DNA of 53,660 bases from an uncultured Bacteroidota bacterium (GTDB lineage Bacteria; Bacteroidota; Bacteroidia; Flavobacteriales; TMED113), in NCBI GenBank assembly GCA_902520385.1, contig CABYOB010000004.1:1-53660 (forward strand). Reading direction: 5' to 3'. The position numbers were made by a program, and so were the translations under genes. Below the pieces are notes generated by a model, which saw only the letters and a list, made by a program, of their open reading frames with translations, searched no databases and had not been told where the DNA came from. Shown in pieces: positions 9,384 through 19,231 of the stretch (its first letter is position 1; every line of letters begins with the position of its first letter).

Positions 9384-11276
9384 ATGAAAACAATACAAAA
9401 TTTTTTAATCGCTTTAATACTTATCAACTCTAATTTATCTGCCCAAATTCCGGGTGAAATAAAAGAAGATTATAAGGGTTCTTTTGTTGAGTTTAACATG
9501 GATAATAACTCAAACGATTCAAATAATTGGAACAACTTGTTTAATGAAAAAGAAGAAATTAAAGATAAAACGATACCAATAATGATTTCATCTGATTTTA
9601 TAAATAAGGTGTTGGAAGACAAACAGGAATCTATAAATGTTACTATTCCTTTTTATGACAATAATGAAATTGATATAAAATTAATAAAAAGAGATTTTGA
9701 TTTTAGCACTTTTCAATTAGTTGTTAGAACAGAAAATGGTGATATAGAGAGGCAGTATAATCCAGGCTTTATAGCTTATGAAATTGAACATGGAGAGTTT
9801 GGCGGAATAATGATATTTTCTAAATCGGGAATTAACTCAGTATTTCATAATTCACAAGAAACTTATGAGTTGGCAAAGCTTGATGGTAAAAAATCATCAA
9901 AATTTAAAGAAGATTTATATATTTTGAGTAACATAAGTAATAATCCAAAAAATAATCAATTCACATGTGGAGTAGATCATTTAGATCATGTTGATATGGG
10001 GCATATTCATACTTCACATAATGAAAACAGATTAGGATCATCACTTAGTTGCATGAATATTGCAATTGAGATTGATTATTTTACTAGTCAAGGCTTTGAA
10101 TCTATTAATGAGTCTGTAGATTGGGCGTTATCAATTTTAGCTGGTGTAAGTTTAATATATGAACAGGAACTAAATATTAAACTAAGTTCTAATTATGCAT
10201 ATGTTTGGGACATAGAAGATCCTTATAACGATTATGTAGATCAGTCATCTGAAATGTTATATGCTATAAAAGATAAGTGGAATAATGATGAAAATTTGAG
10301 TAATATTGAAAGACACATAGTTCATTTATTTACTAAAAGACAAGATACTGGCACTGGGGGTATTGCTTTTGTAAATGGCGCAGGTAGTGAAAGCTATGGC
10401 TTTGGTTACAGTAGCAATTTAACATCTGACATGGAATATGCAGAAATACCTTCACCATTTTTTCATTGGAACTTATTATGTGCAGCTCACGAACTAGGTC
10501 ATAATTTAGGGTCTATGCATACTCAGTGGTGTGGTTGGCCAGGTGGGCCAATCAATAATTGTGTTGATTTAGAAGAGTCTATTCCAGGTCAGTGTGATGC
10601 TTATATTAATAACCCTACTGCGCAAATAGGAACAATAATGAGTTATTGTCATACTTGGAATCAAAATCAAGGTGGGGGCATTGTTATGAAATTTGACCCA
10701 CTTGTTCAAGAAGTTATATTAGCTAAAGTGAACACCTTAAGTTTGCCTATTTGTGAAGAAGTTCCCGATGATATTATATATGGTTGTATGGATGATTTGG
10801 CTTGTAACTTTAACGATTTGGCAACGCAAGAAGATGGAGGGTGTCTATATTCAGATTTATATTATGATTGTAGTGGAAATTGTATTTTAGATCAAGATGA
10901 AGATGGAGTTTGTGATGAATTAGATAATTGTCCAGAAGATTCTAATCCAACTCAAGCAGATATAAATGAAAATGGGGTTGGAGATAGATGTGAAGGTTTG
11001 TTGCCTCTAGAAGAAATGAATAATTTAGATGTTTTGATGGCTTATCCAAATCCAACAACAGGGATTGTTAATATTTCTTATAATACTGATCAAGCTAAAG
11101 ATATTTCAGTAGAAGTTTATAATGTTTTGGGTGATAAGATCGCCTGTGGTTATCCAGATATTTTTGGAAAAGAAGTAACAATGGCTTTAGATTTATCCCA
11201 ACAATCAAAGGGATTTTATTCTGTAATAGTAAAAACAAGCGATAATATTTCTTCCAAAGGCATAATCCTCAAGTAA
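9384..11276 (+). CDS. Secreted M12/reprolysin-like zinc metallopeptidase with Cys-rich/TSP3-like repeats and T9SS type A CTD
   Basis: HELGHNLGSMH zinc motif, Met-turn TIMSY, cysteine-switch-like FTCG, DQDEDGVCDELDNCP repeat, YPNP...YNVLG CTD. Confidence 0.88.
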   Translation: MKTIQNFLIALILINSNLSAQIPGEIKEDYKGSFVEFNMDNNSNDSNNWNNLFNEKEEIKDKTIPIMISSDFINKVLEDKQESINVTIPFYDNNEIDIKLIKRDFDFSTFQLVVRTENGDIERQYNPGFIAYEIEHGEFGGIMIFSKSGINSVFHNSQETYELAKLDGKKSSKFKEDLYILSNISNNPKNNQFTCGVDHLDHVDMGHIHTSHNENRLGSSLSCMNIAIEIDYFTSQGFESINESVDWALSILAGVSLIYEQELNIKLSSNYAYVWDIEDPYNDYVDQSSEMLYAIKDKWNNDENLSNIERHIVHLFTKRQDTGTGGIAFVNGAGSESYGFGYSSNLTSDMEYAEIPSPFFHWNLLCAAHELGHNLGSMHTQWCGWPGGPINNCVDLEESIPGQCDAYINNPTAQIGTIMSYCHTWNQNQGGGIVMKFDPLVQEVILAKVNTLSLPICEEVPDDIIYGCMDDLACNFNDLATQEDGGCLYSDLYYDCSGNCILDQDEDGVCDELDNCPEDSNPTQADINENGVGDRCEGLLPLEEMNNLDVLMAYPNPTTGIVNISYNTDQAKDISVEVYNVLGDKIACGYPDIFGKEVTMALDLSQQSKGFYSVIVKTSDNISSKGIILK

Positions 11277-11290
11277 TTCTTTTTTATCTC

Positions 11291-11322
11291 AGAAAAGGCC
11301 TCCTTGCGAGGCCTTTTCTTTT
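11291..11322 (+). terminator. Intrinsic terminator
   Basis: AGAAAAGGCCTC-cttgc-GAGGCCTTTTCT-TTT. Confidence 0.85.
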
Positions 11323-11377
11323 GGTAAAAAGAATAAATGTTTTATTTTAGTTTTTATAAATTATAAATTATAAAAAT

Positions 11378-12007
11378 ATGGGACTAGTAGGCACTAAAGC
11401 ACCAAAATTTTCAACAAATGCTGTTGTAAATGGTGGAGACACCGTAAGTGATTTTTCATTAGATCAATTTATTGACAAGAAATATGTTATTTTATTCTTC
11501 TACCCTAAAGACTTCACTTTTGTTTGTCCATCAGAATTACATGCATTTCAGGAAAAATTAGATGAGTTTAAAAAGAGAAATTGTGAAATTGTAGCTTGTT
11601 CTACTGACACTGCAGAGACTCATTGGGGTTGGTTACAATTACCTAAAGATAAAGGGGGCATTCAAGGAATAACATATCCATTAGTTGCTGATACCAGTAA
11701 AACTATTTCTGATGCGTATGATGTATTAAATGGAGAATATGATTATGATGATGAGGGTTGTCTAATTGCTACGAATTCAATGATAGCTTATCGTGGATTA
11801 TTTTTAATTGACAAAAAGGGAATTATTCAACACCAGTTAGTAAATAATTTGCCGCTTGGAAGAAATGTTGATGAGGCTATTAGAATTTTAGATGCCCTAA
11901 TATTTCATGAGGAAAATGGAGAAGTTTGTCCAGCTAATTGGGAACCAGGAAAAGAAGGCATGAAGGAAAGTCATGATGGTGTAGCTGATTATTTAGCTAG
12001 ACACTAA
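11378..12007 (+). CDS. ahpC: 2-Cys peroxiredoxin (AhpC/Prx1)
   Basis: FYPKDFTFVCPSE and GEVCPANW motifs. Confidence 0.93.
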   Translation: MGLVGTKAPKFSTNAVVNGGDTVSDFSLDQFIDKKYVILFFYPKDFTFVCPSELHAFQEKLDEFKKRNCEIVACSTDTAETHWGWLQLPKDKGGIQGITYPLVADTSKTISDAYDVLNGEYDYDDEGCLIATNSMIAYRGLFLIDKKGIIQHQLVNNLPLGRNVDEAIRILDALIFHEENGEVCPANWEPGKEGMKESHDGVADYLARH

Positions 12008-12972
12008 ATTCCTAATTTATTTTTAACTCTTTGAAGGACAGAGGAAGCTATTTTTTTAGCTTTTTCTGATCCTTCTTTTAGTTTTAGTTCAATTTCCTCA
12101 GTGTTTTCCATTAATTCAGAATAAATTTTTCTTTCAGCTGAAAACTTTTTTAGAATTAATTCTAATAATGCATTTTTTGCATGTCCGTAACCAAATCCAC
12201 CATTTAAATAGTTTTTTTTCATATTTTCTATTTCATCATCGCTGGCAATTAATTTATAAATATTAAAAATATTGCAAGTATCAGGTTCTTTTGGCTCTTC
12301 AAGACCTAATGAGTCAGTAACAATTTTCAGTATTTGTTTTTTTAGACTTTTTTCATCAGCAAATATATTTATAGTGTTGTCGTATGATTTACTCATTTTT
12401 CTACCGTCAACACCAGGAACAATCATAAAATTTTCAGTTACTTGAGATTCTGGTAAAATAAGTGTTTCACCCATTAAATGATTAAACGTTCCGGCAATAT
12501 CTCTGGTCATTTCTAAATGTTGAAGTTGGTCTTTTCCAACAGGAACCTTATTAGCATCATATAGTAAAATATCAGCAGCCATTAATACAGGATAGGTGAA
12601 TAGACCTGAATTAACATCTGATAAATTTTCAGATTTATCTTTAAATGAATGCGCATTAGCTAACATAGGATAAGGAGTGAAACAATTTAAAATCCACATT
12701 AATTCAGTGACTTCAGAAATATCGGATTGTCTATAAAAAATATTTTTTTTAGTATCAAAACCAAATGCTAGCCACGCGGCTGCAGTAGCATAAGTATTAT
12801 GTTTTATTTTTTCGGCATTTTTTATAGTTGTCAAAGAATGAAGGTCTGCAATAAAAAAAAGAGATTCATTTTTATTAGATTTCGACATTTCTATAGCGGG
12901 CAGAATAGCCCCTAAAATGTTACCGAGATGAGGAATTCCAGAACTTTGGATACCTGTTAATATTCGCGCCAT
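12004..12972 (-). CDS. trpS: Tryptophanyl-tRNA synthetase
   Basis: TGIQSSG-HLGN, VPVGKDQLQHLE, KMSKS. Confidence 0.97.
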   Translation of the reverse strand: MARILTGIQSSGIPHLGNILGAILPAIEMSKSNKNESLFFIADLHSLTTIKNAEKIKHNTYATAAAWLAFGFDTKKNIFYRQSDISEVTELMWILNCFTPYPMLANAHSFKDKSENLSDVNSGLFTYPVLMAADILLYDANKVPVGKDQLQHLEMTRDIAGTFNHLMGETLILPESQVTENFMIVPGVDGRKMSKSYDNTINIFADEKSLKKQILKIVTDSLGLEEPKEPDTCNIFNIYKLIASDDEIENMKKNYLNGGFGYGHAKNALLELILKKFSAERKIYSELMENTEEIELKLKEGSEKAKKIASSVLQRVKNKLGI

Positions 12973-13062
12973 TGATTTCTTTTAATTAAATATAGAAAAA
13001 TGTTGTCACAAATAAACTTTATAATTTTATGAATTCATCAATAAAGTTTTTAATATTATAAA

Positions 13063-13359
13063 ATGAAAATTGATAAATCCACCGTAGAGCGTTTAGCAAA
13101 GTTGTCAAAGTTAGAATTTTCAGATGAAGAAAAATCTGAAATGGTTGAGGACTTTAAGAAAATGGTGGGTTTTGTTGATACATTAAAGGAAGTTGATACT
13201 GAAGGCGTGAAGCCACTTATATATGTTAATGAAGATATAACAAATATATTAAGAGAAGATGAAATTGGTGGAATGTTAAGTAGCGAAGATGCACTTAAAA
13301 ACGCACCAGATAAAGATTCAAGTTATATTAAAGTGCCAAAAGTAGTAAAGAAAAATTAA
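13063..13359 (+). CDS. gatC: Asp/Glu-tRNA amidotransferase subunit C
   Basis: LAKLSKL...VDTEGVKPL...LRED...ALKNAP...KVPKV signature. Confidence 0.9.
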   Translation: MKIDKSTVERLAKLSKLEFSDEEKSEMVEDFKKMVGFVDTLKEVDTEGVKPLIYVNEDITNILREDEIGGMLSSEDALKNAPDKDSSYIKVPKVVKKN

Positions 13360-13769
13360 CAAAACTCATTATAGGCAGCCGACAGATTTTCTGCGATAGT
13401 TTCTTTTAAATTACCCTCAATATTATGTCTTTCAACAAAGTGAACTAACTCACCATCTTTGAATAAAGCAATGGATGGAGAAGAAGGAGGATAGGGTAAC
13501 ATGTATGCACGAGCCCTTTCCGTTGCTTCTTTATCTTGACCAGCAAAAACAGTAGTTAAAAAGTCAGGTTTTTTTTCGTTTTCCAATGATAACAAAGCCC
13601 CAGGTCTACATGAACCGGCGGCGCAGCCACATATAGAGTTAACTAAAACTAATACTGTACCTTCCTTTTTATTTAACATTTCGTCAACTTGCTCAACGGT
13701 TCTTAATTCTTTAAATCCTGCTGAGGTTAATTCTTCTCTCATTGGTGTACATACTTCTTCTGGATACAT
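13356..13769 (-). CDS. BrxA/BrxB-family bacilliredoxin
   Basis: NSICGCAAG (CGC motif), TVFAGQD, PPSSPSIALFKDG. Confidence 0.9.
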   Translation of the reverse strand: MYPEEVCTPMREELTSAGFKELRTVEQVDEMLNKKEGTVLVLVNSICGCAAGSCRPGALLSLENEKKPDFLTTVFAGQDKEATERARAYMLPYPPSSPSIALFKDGELVHFVERHNIEGNLKETIAENLSAAYNEFC

Positions 13770-13771
13770 AT

Positions 13772-14227
13772 TTATTTTTTTTTATCTAATTTACGTTTTT
13801 TTTCAAAAAAAGATGTCAATAAGTAAGCACATTCTCCCATTAAAACACCCCCTTTGATTTTTGTTTTAGGGTGCATGATATTTTTATCAATTAAAAAAGC
13901 ACCCTCTTTTTCATCCCTAGCACCATATACAACTTTTCCAATCTTAGCCCAAAACAAAGCGCCAGCACACATTACACATGGCTCTAAAGTAACATACATA
14001 GTACACTCATTTAAATATTTAGATTGAAGGTAATTACAAGCTGATGTGATTGTAGTCATCTCAGCATGAGCTGTAGGGTCTTTTAATCTTTCACACATAT
14101 TATATCCCCTAGCAATAATAGTATCATTATGAACAATAATTGCACCAACAGGGACCTCATCTTCTTGAAATCCTTTTTTAGCCTCTTTCAAAGCTTCTCT
14201 CATATAAAACACATCCATATCTATCAT
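13772..14227 (-). CDS. tadA: tRNA adenosine deaminase / nucleoside deaminase
   Basis: EVPVGA, DPTAHAE, TLEPCVMC. Confidence 0.9.
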   Translation of the reverse strand: MIDMDVFYMREALKEAKKGFQEDEVPVGAIIVHNDTIIARGYNMCERLKDPTAHAEMTTITSACNYLQSKYLNECTMYVTLEPCVMCAGALFWAKIGKVVYGARDEKEGAFLIDKNIMHPKTKIKGGVLMGECAYLLTSFFEKKRKLDKKK

Positions 14228-14305
14228 AATTATAAATTTATGTAAAATAGGAACAAGACCTAATTTATTATCTCATTTTTGTACTTTTACAGCAAATAAT
14301 ATTTT

Positions 14306-16048
14306 ATGTATAGAACAGTAAATAACGGTGAGTTAAGCAAAAAAAACATTGGACAACAAGTTACAATGTGTGGTTGGGTTCAAAAATCTAGGGATTTAGG
14401 AGGAATGACATTTGTTGATTTGAGAGATAGATATGGAATAACTCAACTTGTTTTTAATATGGAAACAAATTCAGAATTATGCGAAAAAGCAAGGAGTTTA
14501 GGAAGAGAGTTTGTAATACAAATTGTGGGCAAAGTAATTGAACGTGCTTCAATTAATAAAGAAATGAAAACGGGAGAAATTGAAGTCGCTGTAGATCAAA
14601 TCATTATTCTAAATAAATCTAAAATACCACCATTTACTATTGAAGATCAAACGGATGGTGGTGACGATCTAAGAATGAAGTATAGATATTTAGATCTTCG
14701 TAGAGAACCTGTTAAGAACAATCTAATCCTTAGATCAGAGGTTGCATTTCATACTAGGACATATTTAAAAAATCAAGGTTTTTTAGAAATTGAAACACCA
14801 GTGCTAATTAAATCAACTCCAGAAGGGGCTAGAGATTTTGTTGTTCCATCTAGATTAAATCAAGGAGAGTTTTACGCACTCCCTCAATCTCCACAAACCT
14901 TTAAACAATTGTTAATGGTTTCTGGCTATGATAAATATTATCAAATTGTAAAGTGTTTTAGAGATGAAGATTTTAGAGCTGATCGTCAGCCTGAATTTAC
15001 ACAAATAGACTGTGAGATGGCATTTGTAGAAACAGAGGATATTTTAAAGACATTTGAGGGTTTGATGAAAAATATTTTGTTTGAAACAAAAGGAATTAAA
15101 ATTGATGAAGTGCCTAGGATGACTTACGCTGATGCCATTAGAGACTATGGAACTGATAAGCCCGACTTAAGGTTTGAGATGAAAATAATGAATTTAGAAT
15201 CAGTTTGTAAGGGTTCAGGATTCAACGTTTTTGATAGTGCTGAAACGGTACTTGGAGTTGTTGTTCCAGGAGGCGCAGAGTTTACCAGAAAGCAAATAGA
15301 TAGTTTAACAGACTGGGTTAAGAGACCACAAATTGGGGCAACTGGAATGATTTACTGCAAGTTTAATGAGGGTGGTGAAAACAAATCATCAGTGGATAAA
15401 TTTTTTGACGTAAGTGCATTAAAGTCATGGAAAGAAATTAGTGGGGCAAGTGATGGAGATATGCTTTTAATTTTAGCAGGAAAAAAATCAGTTACTATAA
15501 ATGCTATTGGAAATTTAAGATTAGAAGTTGCTGAAAGATTAAGTCTTAGGGACCCTAATTTATATAAACCAGTTTGGGTAACAGATTTTCCTTTATTTGA
15601 ATTTGACGAGGAAACAAAAACATATCATGCAATGCATCACCCTTTCACTTCACCTAATATTGATGATATGAAGCTATTAGAAACAGACCCAAAAATGGTT
15701 CGAGCAAATGCGTATGACATGGCGTTAAATGGCACAGAAATAGGAGGAGGTTCAATTAGAATTCATAATAAAGAATTACAACAAAAAGTGTTTAATTTAC
15801 TCGGATTTAGTGATGAAGAGGCACATGAAAAATTTGGATTTCTTATGGAAGCTTTTGAATATGGTGCTCCCCCGCATGGTGGTATAGCATTTGGCCTTGA
15901 TCGAATTTGTGCGGTGATTGCAGGATCAGATAGTATTAGAGATTTTATTGCATTTCCAAAAAATAATTCAGGTAGAGATGTAATGTTAGACGCACCTTCT
16001 AAAATAGATAACGATCAACTTAATGAGTTAGGATTACAAACAAAATAA
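14306..16048 (+). CDS. aspS: Aspartyl-tRNA synthetase
   Basis: [46 protein letters not shown]. Confidence 0.98.
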   Translation: MYRTVNNGELSKKNIGQQVTMCGWVQKSRDLGGMTFVDLRDRYGITQLVFNMETNSELCEKARSLGREFVIQIVGKVIERASINKEMKTGEIEVAVDQIIILNKSKIPPFTIEDQTDGGDDLRMKYRYLDLRREPVKNNLILRSEVAFHTRTYLKNQGFLEIETPVLIKSTPEGARDFVVPSRLNQGEFYALPQSPQTFKQLLMVSGYDKYYQIVKCFRDEDFRADRQPEFTQIDCEMAFVETEDILKTFEGLMKNILFETKGIKIDEVPRMTYADAIRDYGTDKPDLRFEMKIMNLESVCKGSGFNVFDSAETVLGVVVPGGAEFTRKQIDSLTDWVKRPQIGATGMIYCKFNEGGENKSSVDKFFDVSALKSWKEISGASDGDMLLILAGKKSVTINAIGNLRLEVAERLSLRDPNLYKPVWVTDFPLFEFDEETKTYHAMHHPFTSPNIDDMKLLETDPKMVRANAYDMALNGTEIGGGSIRIHNKELQQKVFNLLGFSDEEAHEKFGFLMEAFEYGAPPHGGIAFGLDRICAVIAGSDSIRDFIAFPKNNSGRDVMLDAPSKIDNDQLNELGLQTK

Positions 16049-16056
16049 ATTTTATT

Positions 16057-16752
16057 ATGATTCCATTTGGGACACTATTTAATGTTGCTACTGTATTAAT
16101 TGGAAGCACATTAGGTCTTATATTTAAAAAAATGATCAACCCTGAATTAAACAAAAAAGTTTTTTTTGTGATGGGTTTGTTTACATTGGTTTTAGGATTT
16201 AGTATGTCCATTAAAAGTTCAGATTTCATATTAATGTTCTTGTCTCTTGTTTTTGGAACAATGTATGGTGAGTATTGTAATTTAGATAAATTGATTACAA
16301 ATTTTACTGAAAAAATTAAAATCAAAATTAATGTAAAGGACACAAAATTTACTGATGGTATAGTTACTGCGTTTTTACTTTTTTGTATTGGGTCAATGAC
16401 CATTGTAGGAGCTATTGATGAGGGTTTGGGAAAAACACCAGACATATTATTTACTAAGTCGGTGATGGATGGAATTAGTTCAATAATTTTAGCATCAGCA
16501 TTTGGTGTTGGGGTTTTGTTTTCTATTTTCCCAATGCTAATTTTCCAAGGAGGAATAACCATTTTAGTTTTTTATTATAAAGATTTTTTACCAATAGAGT
16601 TGATAGATCATATAAGTGCAGTTGGAGGTGTGCTAATAATTGCAATTGGATTAAAAATATTAGGCTATAAAAAAATCAACCCAACCAATATGCTTCCCTC
16701 ACTTTTATTTTTAGTGTTGTTGTTTTTTTTAAAAAAAGAATTAGGTATTTAA
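16057..16752 (+). CDS. DUF554-family membrane protein
   Basis: GTLFN..., FLLFCIGSMTIVGAI, KSVMDG, FQGGIT, NMLPSL pattern; multiple TM helices. Confidence 0.8.
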   Translation: MIPFGTLFNVATVLIGSTLGLIFKKMINPELNKKVFFVMGLFTLVLGFSMSIKSSDFILMFLSLVFGTMYGEYCNLDKLITNFTEKIKIKINVKDTKFTDGIVTAFLLFCIGSMTIVGAIDEGLGKTPDILFTKSVMDGISSIILASAFGVGVLFSIFPMLIFQGGITILVFYYKDFLPIELIDHISAVGGVLIIAIGLKILGYKKINPTNMLPSLLFLVLLFFLKKELGI

Positions 16753-16761
16753 TTTATTTTT

Positions 16762-16769
16762 TAATTTTG
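16762..16769 (+). promoter_or_regulatory. Bacteroidota housekeeping promoter -7 element
   Basis: TAATTTTG (TAnnTTTG), 5 nt upstream of the structured RNA start. Confidence 0.6.
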
Positions 16770-16774
16770 TAATA

Positions 16775-16893
16775 GCATCAAGAGTTACTTGAAAGTATGC
16801 CAACCGACCCTAACCAGGGCGGCGGTGGAAAAAAGATGTGAGGTGATCATCCTAAAACAATATGGTAATCAAATCACTATTTTTAATTGATGC
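16775..16893 (+). promoter_or_regulatory. SAM-I/IV-variant-like riboswitch (aptamer ~16775-16870 plus alternative-pairing tail)
   Basis: P1 GCATC/GATGT. J1/2 AAGAG. P2 TACT-TGAA-AGTA. P3 core CCAACC...GG with CCCT-AACC-AGGG. P5 AGG...CCT. 3' AACAATATGGT can pair with loop ACCA (pseudoknot). Downstream TTGATGC can sequester the 5' GCATCAA. Family call is by eye. Confidence 0.65.
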
Positions 16894-16944
16894 AATAATG
16901 TTAAATGTTAAATTATTGTATTATGAAAAATATACGTAAAAAAA

Positions 16945-17265
16945 TCAGTCTTCATTTAGTAAGTTTTTTAAACCCAATCTTTTCAAAATTTTTTTTTCTT
17001 GTTTCCAAAAAAAATCAAATTGACCAAACAAAAAAGCAACTACTAAAAGAGTGAATTGATAGGCAATAAAAATAATTAAAATTCTAAGTGGGTAGTATAA
17101 ATACCAATTAAGTGAATCATTGTTTATTCCAAATAAGTTTAGTAGAGGTCTTGATATTAATAAAGAACTAAAACCGCTAATTGCAAAAACAATGTTTATT
17201 ATAAAAAACTGAAAATTGGAAGTAATCTCCCATTTAGACTTAAGCTTTTGAAACAACTTTAACAT
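16945..17265 (-). CDS. Small membrane protein, DUF6787-like
   Basis: KLKSKWEITSNFQ...VFAISG...YQFTLL...GQFDFFWKQEKKILKR pattern typical of a conserved Bacteroidota family. Confidence 0.7.
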   Translation of the reverse strand: MLKLFQKLKSKWEITSNFQFFIINIVFAISGFSSLLISRPLLNLFGINNDSLNWYLYYPLRILIIFIAYQFTLLVVAFLFGQFDFFWKQEKKILKRLGLKNLLNED

Positions 17266-17292
17266 ATAGTATAAATATAAAAATAAATAATT

Positions 17293-17649
17293 ATGAAATA
17301 TTCAAAAATTAAATCACCATTTATAAAAAAAAAATTAAAAAAAACTGTTTGGAAAAATCGAATTTATATTGATGATTTAATCCAATTACATAAATACATG
17401 ACTAAAGGAATTAATTCCTGGATTGCGGCAAGTCTTTTTTCTGAATTGAAATTTAAATATGAAGGCGAGTATTTAAAATTGATTGAAGAAGACACTAGGC
17501 TAAACCCAAATGAAAAAAGAATTATGATGTATCCAAAGCAAATACATGATTTAAAATTAAGAAAAAAGAAAATTATAAAATGGAAATTAGATGAATTTAA
17601 GCTTGAAATGTTATTAAAGAAAGATTGGATAAATTGTGGGGGGGGGTAA
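17293..17649 (+). CDS. Hypothetical basic protein (118 aa)
   Basis: ORF with AT-rich upstream region; no recognised motif; ends in a G9 tract. Confidence 0.55.
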   Translation: MKYSKIKSPFIKKKLKKTVWKNRIYIDDLIQLHKYMTKGINSWIAASLFSELKFKYEGEYLKLIEEDTRLNPNEKRIMMYPKQIHDLKLRKKKIIKWKLDEFKLEMLLKKDWINCGGG

Positions 17650-17791
17650 AATCATAATACAATGAAGGGATATTTATTAATTTTGAAATACGGTTATAGT
17701 TTTCTTCATTATTTTAAATATAGTTGTTTAATAAAATAGCTATAAAATAAAATTTAGTATATTATTTAAGAAATCATATTTATGATAATTA

Positions 17792-19231
17792 ATGAAAAAA
17801 TACTTTAATTTTGATTTAACAGAACAACAATTAAAGGTTTTTAATTCTTTAAAAATCTTTGTTCAAAACCACAGTGAAAAAGTATTTATTTTAAAAGGTT
17901 ATGCCGGCACAGGTAAAACAACCCTAATGTTTGGGTTAATAAAATATCTTCAAGAAATAAAAAAAAATTTCGATTTACTTTCATCAACTGGTAGGGCAGC
18001 CAAAATATTATCAGATTTAACAGGTCACCGAGCCTCCACTATTCATAGTAGAATATACACATTTAGTGATTTAAGTGATGATTTAGAGGATATACATAAG
18101 AAAAGAAAAAAAAACATCACAGATAATAAAAGTTTAAATTTATTATTTTCTCTATCACAAATAGATGCAGATCAGTCAAAAAAAAAAATTATATACATCA
18201 TTGATGAGTCATCTATGATATCTAATCAAAAAGATAAATCAATTTCTTTTGCTCAATTTGGGGACGGAGAGCTTTTAAATGATTTAATAAATTATGACCC
18301 AAACGGTAAATTTATATTTATAGGAGACCCTTGTCAATTACCCCCGATTAAACAAAAAGAATCCCCAGCTTTAAGCAAAGAATACATAGAGCAGAAATTT
18401 AATTTTAATGTAAAGGAACACATGCTTACCACAATAGTGAGACAGCAAGGGGTCAATAATGGAATAATACAAGCATCTTTAAATACTAGACGTCTTTTTT
18501 ATAATCCCCCTCAAATTAAATGGCCTAAGCTCCCATTAGGAAAGAATAATAATATTAAATTATTGAGTTCAGATTTTCAGTTAGCTAATGAGTATCTTAA
18601 AGAAATCAATGAAAATGGCACAGAAAATACTACTATTATTTGTCAATCAAATAGAGATTGTAAGGAGCTTAATAATTTTGTTAGGTCTAGATTATTTAAA
18701 GATACTTCCAGTATTCAAGTAAATGATTTATTATTAATAACTCAAAACAATCAAAAAGCAAATTTAGTTAATGGAGATTTGGTAAAAGTCTTAAGTATTG
18801 CCCCAAAAGAAAATAGATGTGGTCTTTCTTTTTGGGAGGTTCAGGCCCAAGAGTTATCATCTAAAAGGATAATAAATTCTTTATTAATTAATGATATTCC
18901 CTATTCAAATTCGACAAATATAAGTGAGGAAAAACATAAAGACCTAATGATTGATTATTATTTGAGAATGAAAGAAAAGGGAATTAAACAAGGAGATAGA
19001 TTATTTAAAGATAACATGTTGAAAGATGAATATTTAAATGCGATTAAATGTGTGTTTGGGTATGCTTTAACATGCCATAAGTCTCAAGGTGGAGAATGGG
19101 ATAAGGTTTTTTTATATATTAAACAAAAAATTTATGGAATTCCTAGACCAGGATTATTTCAGTGGTGGTACACAGCAATTACTAGAGCTAGAAAAAAATT
19201 ATTTATTGTAGATGATTGGTTTATTTCGTAA
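17792..19231 (+). CDS. RecD-like SF1B DNA helicase (AAA_30 / UvrD_C_2 type)
   Basis: GYAGTGKT, STGRAA, TIHS, IIDESSM, GDPCQLPP, VRQ, YALTCHKSQGGEW, YTAITRAR. Confidence 0.9.
   Translation: MKKYFNFDLTEQQLKVFNSLKIFVQNHSEKVFILKGYAGTGKTTLMFGLIKYLQEIKKNFDLLSSTGRAAKILSDLTGHRASTIHSRIYTFSDLSDDLEDIHKKRKKNITDNKSLNLLFSLSQIDADQSKKKIIYIIDESSMISNQKDKSISFAQFGDGELLNDLINYDPNGKFIFIGDPCQLPPIKQKESPALSKEYIEQKFNFNVKEHMLTTIVRQQGVNNGIIQASLNTRRLFYNPPQIKWPKLPLGKNNNIKLLSSDFQLANEYLKEINENGTENTTIICQSNRDCKELNNFVRSRLFKDTSSIQVNDLLLITQNNQKANLVNGDLVKVLSIAPKENRCGLSFWEVQAQELSSKRIINSLLINDIPYSNSTNISEEKHKDLMIDYYLRMKEKGIKQGDRLFKDNMLKDEYLNAIKCVFGYALTCHKSQGGEWDKVFLYIKQKIYGIPRPGLFQWWYTAITRARKKLFIVDDWFIS

Noticed and set aside
16020-16562. 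180-aa antisense ORF and the other short nested or antisense ORFs in the track (e.g. 1309-1557, 3343-3759, 25871-26152, 52449-52706, 52777-53100)
   Set aside because: They are shadows of well-supported genes and carry no motifs of their own
16797-16841. Mini-ORF MPTDPNQGGGGKKM
   Set aside because: It lies wholly within the structured RNA, whose base-pairing explains the sequence better
16775-16893. 6S RNA interpretation of the terminal GCATCAA/TTGATGC stem
   Set aside because: Too short and multi-stemmed, with no long rod and central bubble; SAM-clan signatures fit better
16879-16906. dif-like site (TAATGTTAAAT resembles a XerD arm)
   Set aside because: No XerC-like arm at the 6-bp spacing
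16923-17054. 43-codon plus-strand ORF after the riboswitch
   Set aside because: Mostly antisense to a conserved gene and has no resemblance to MetK or other methionine enzymes
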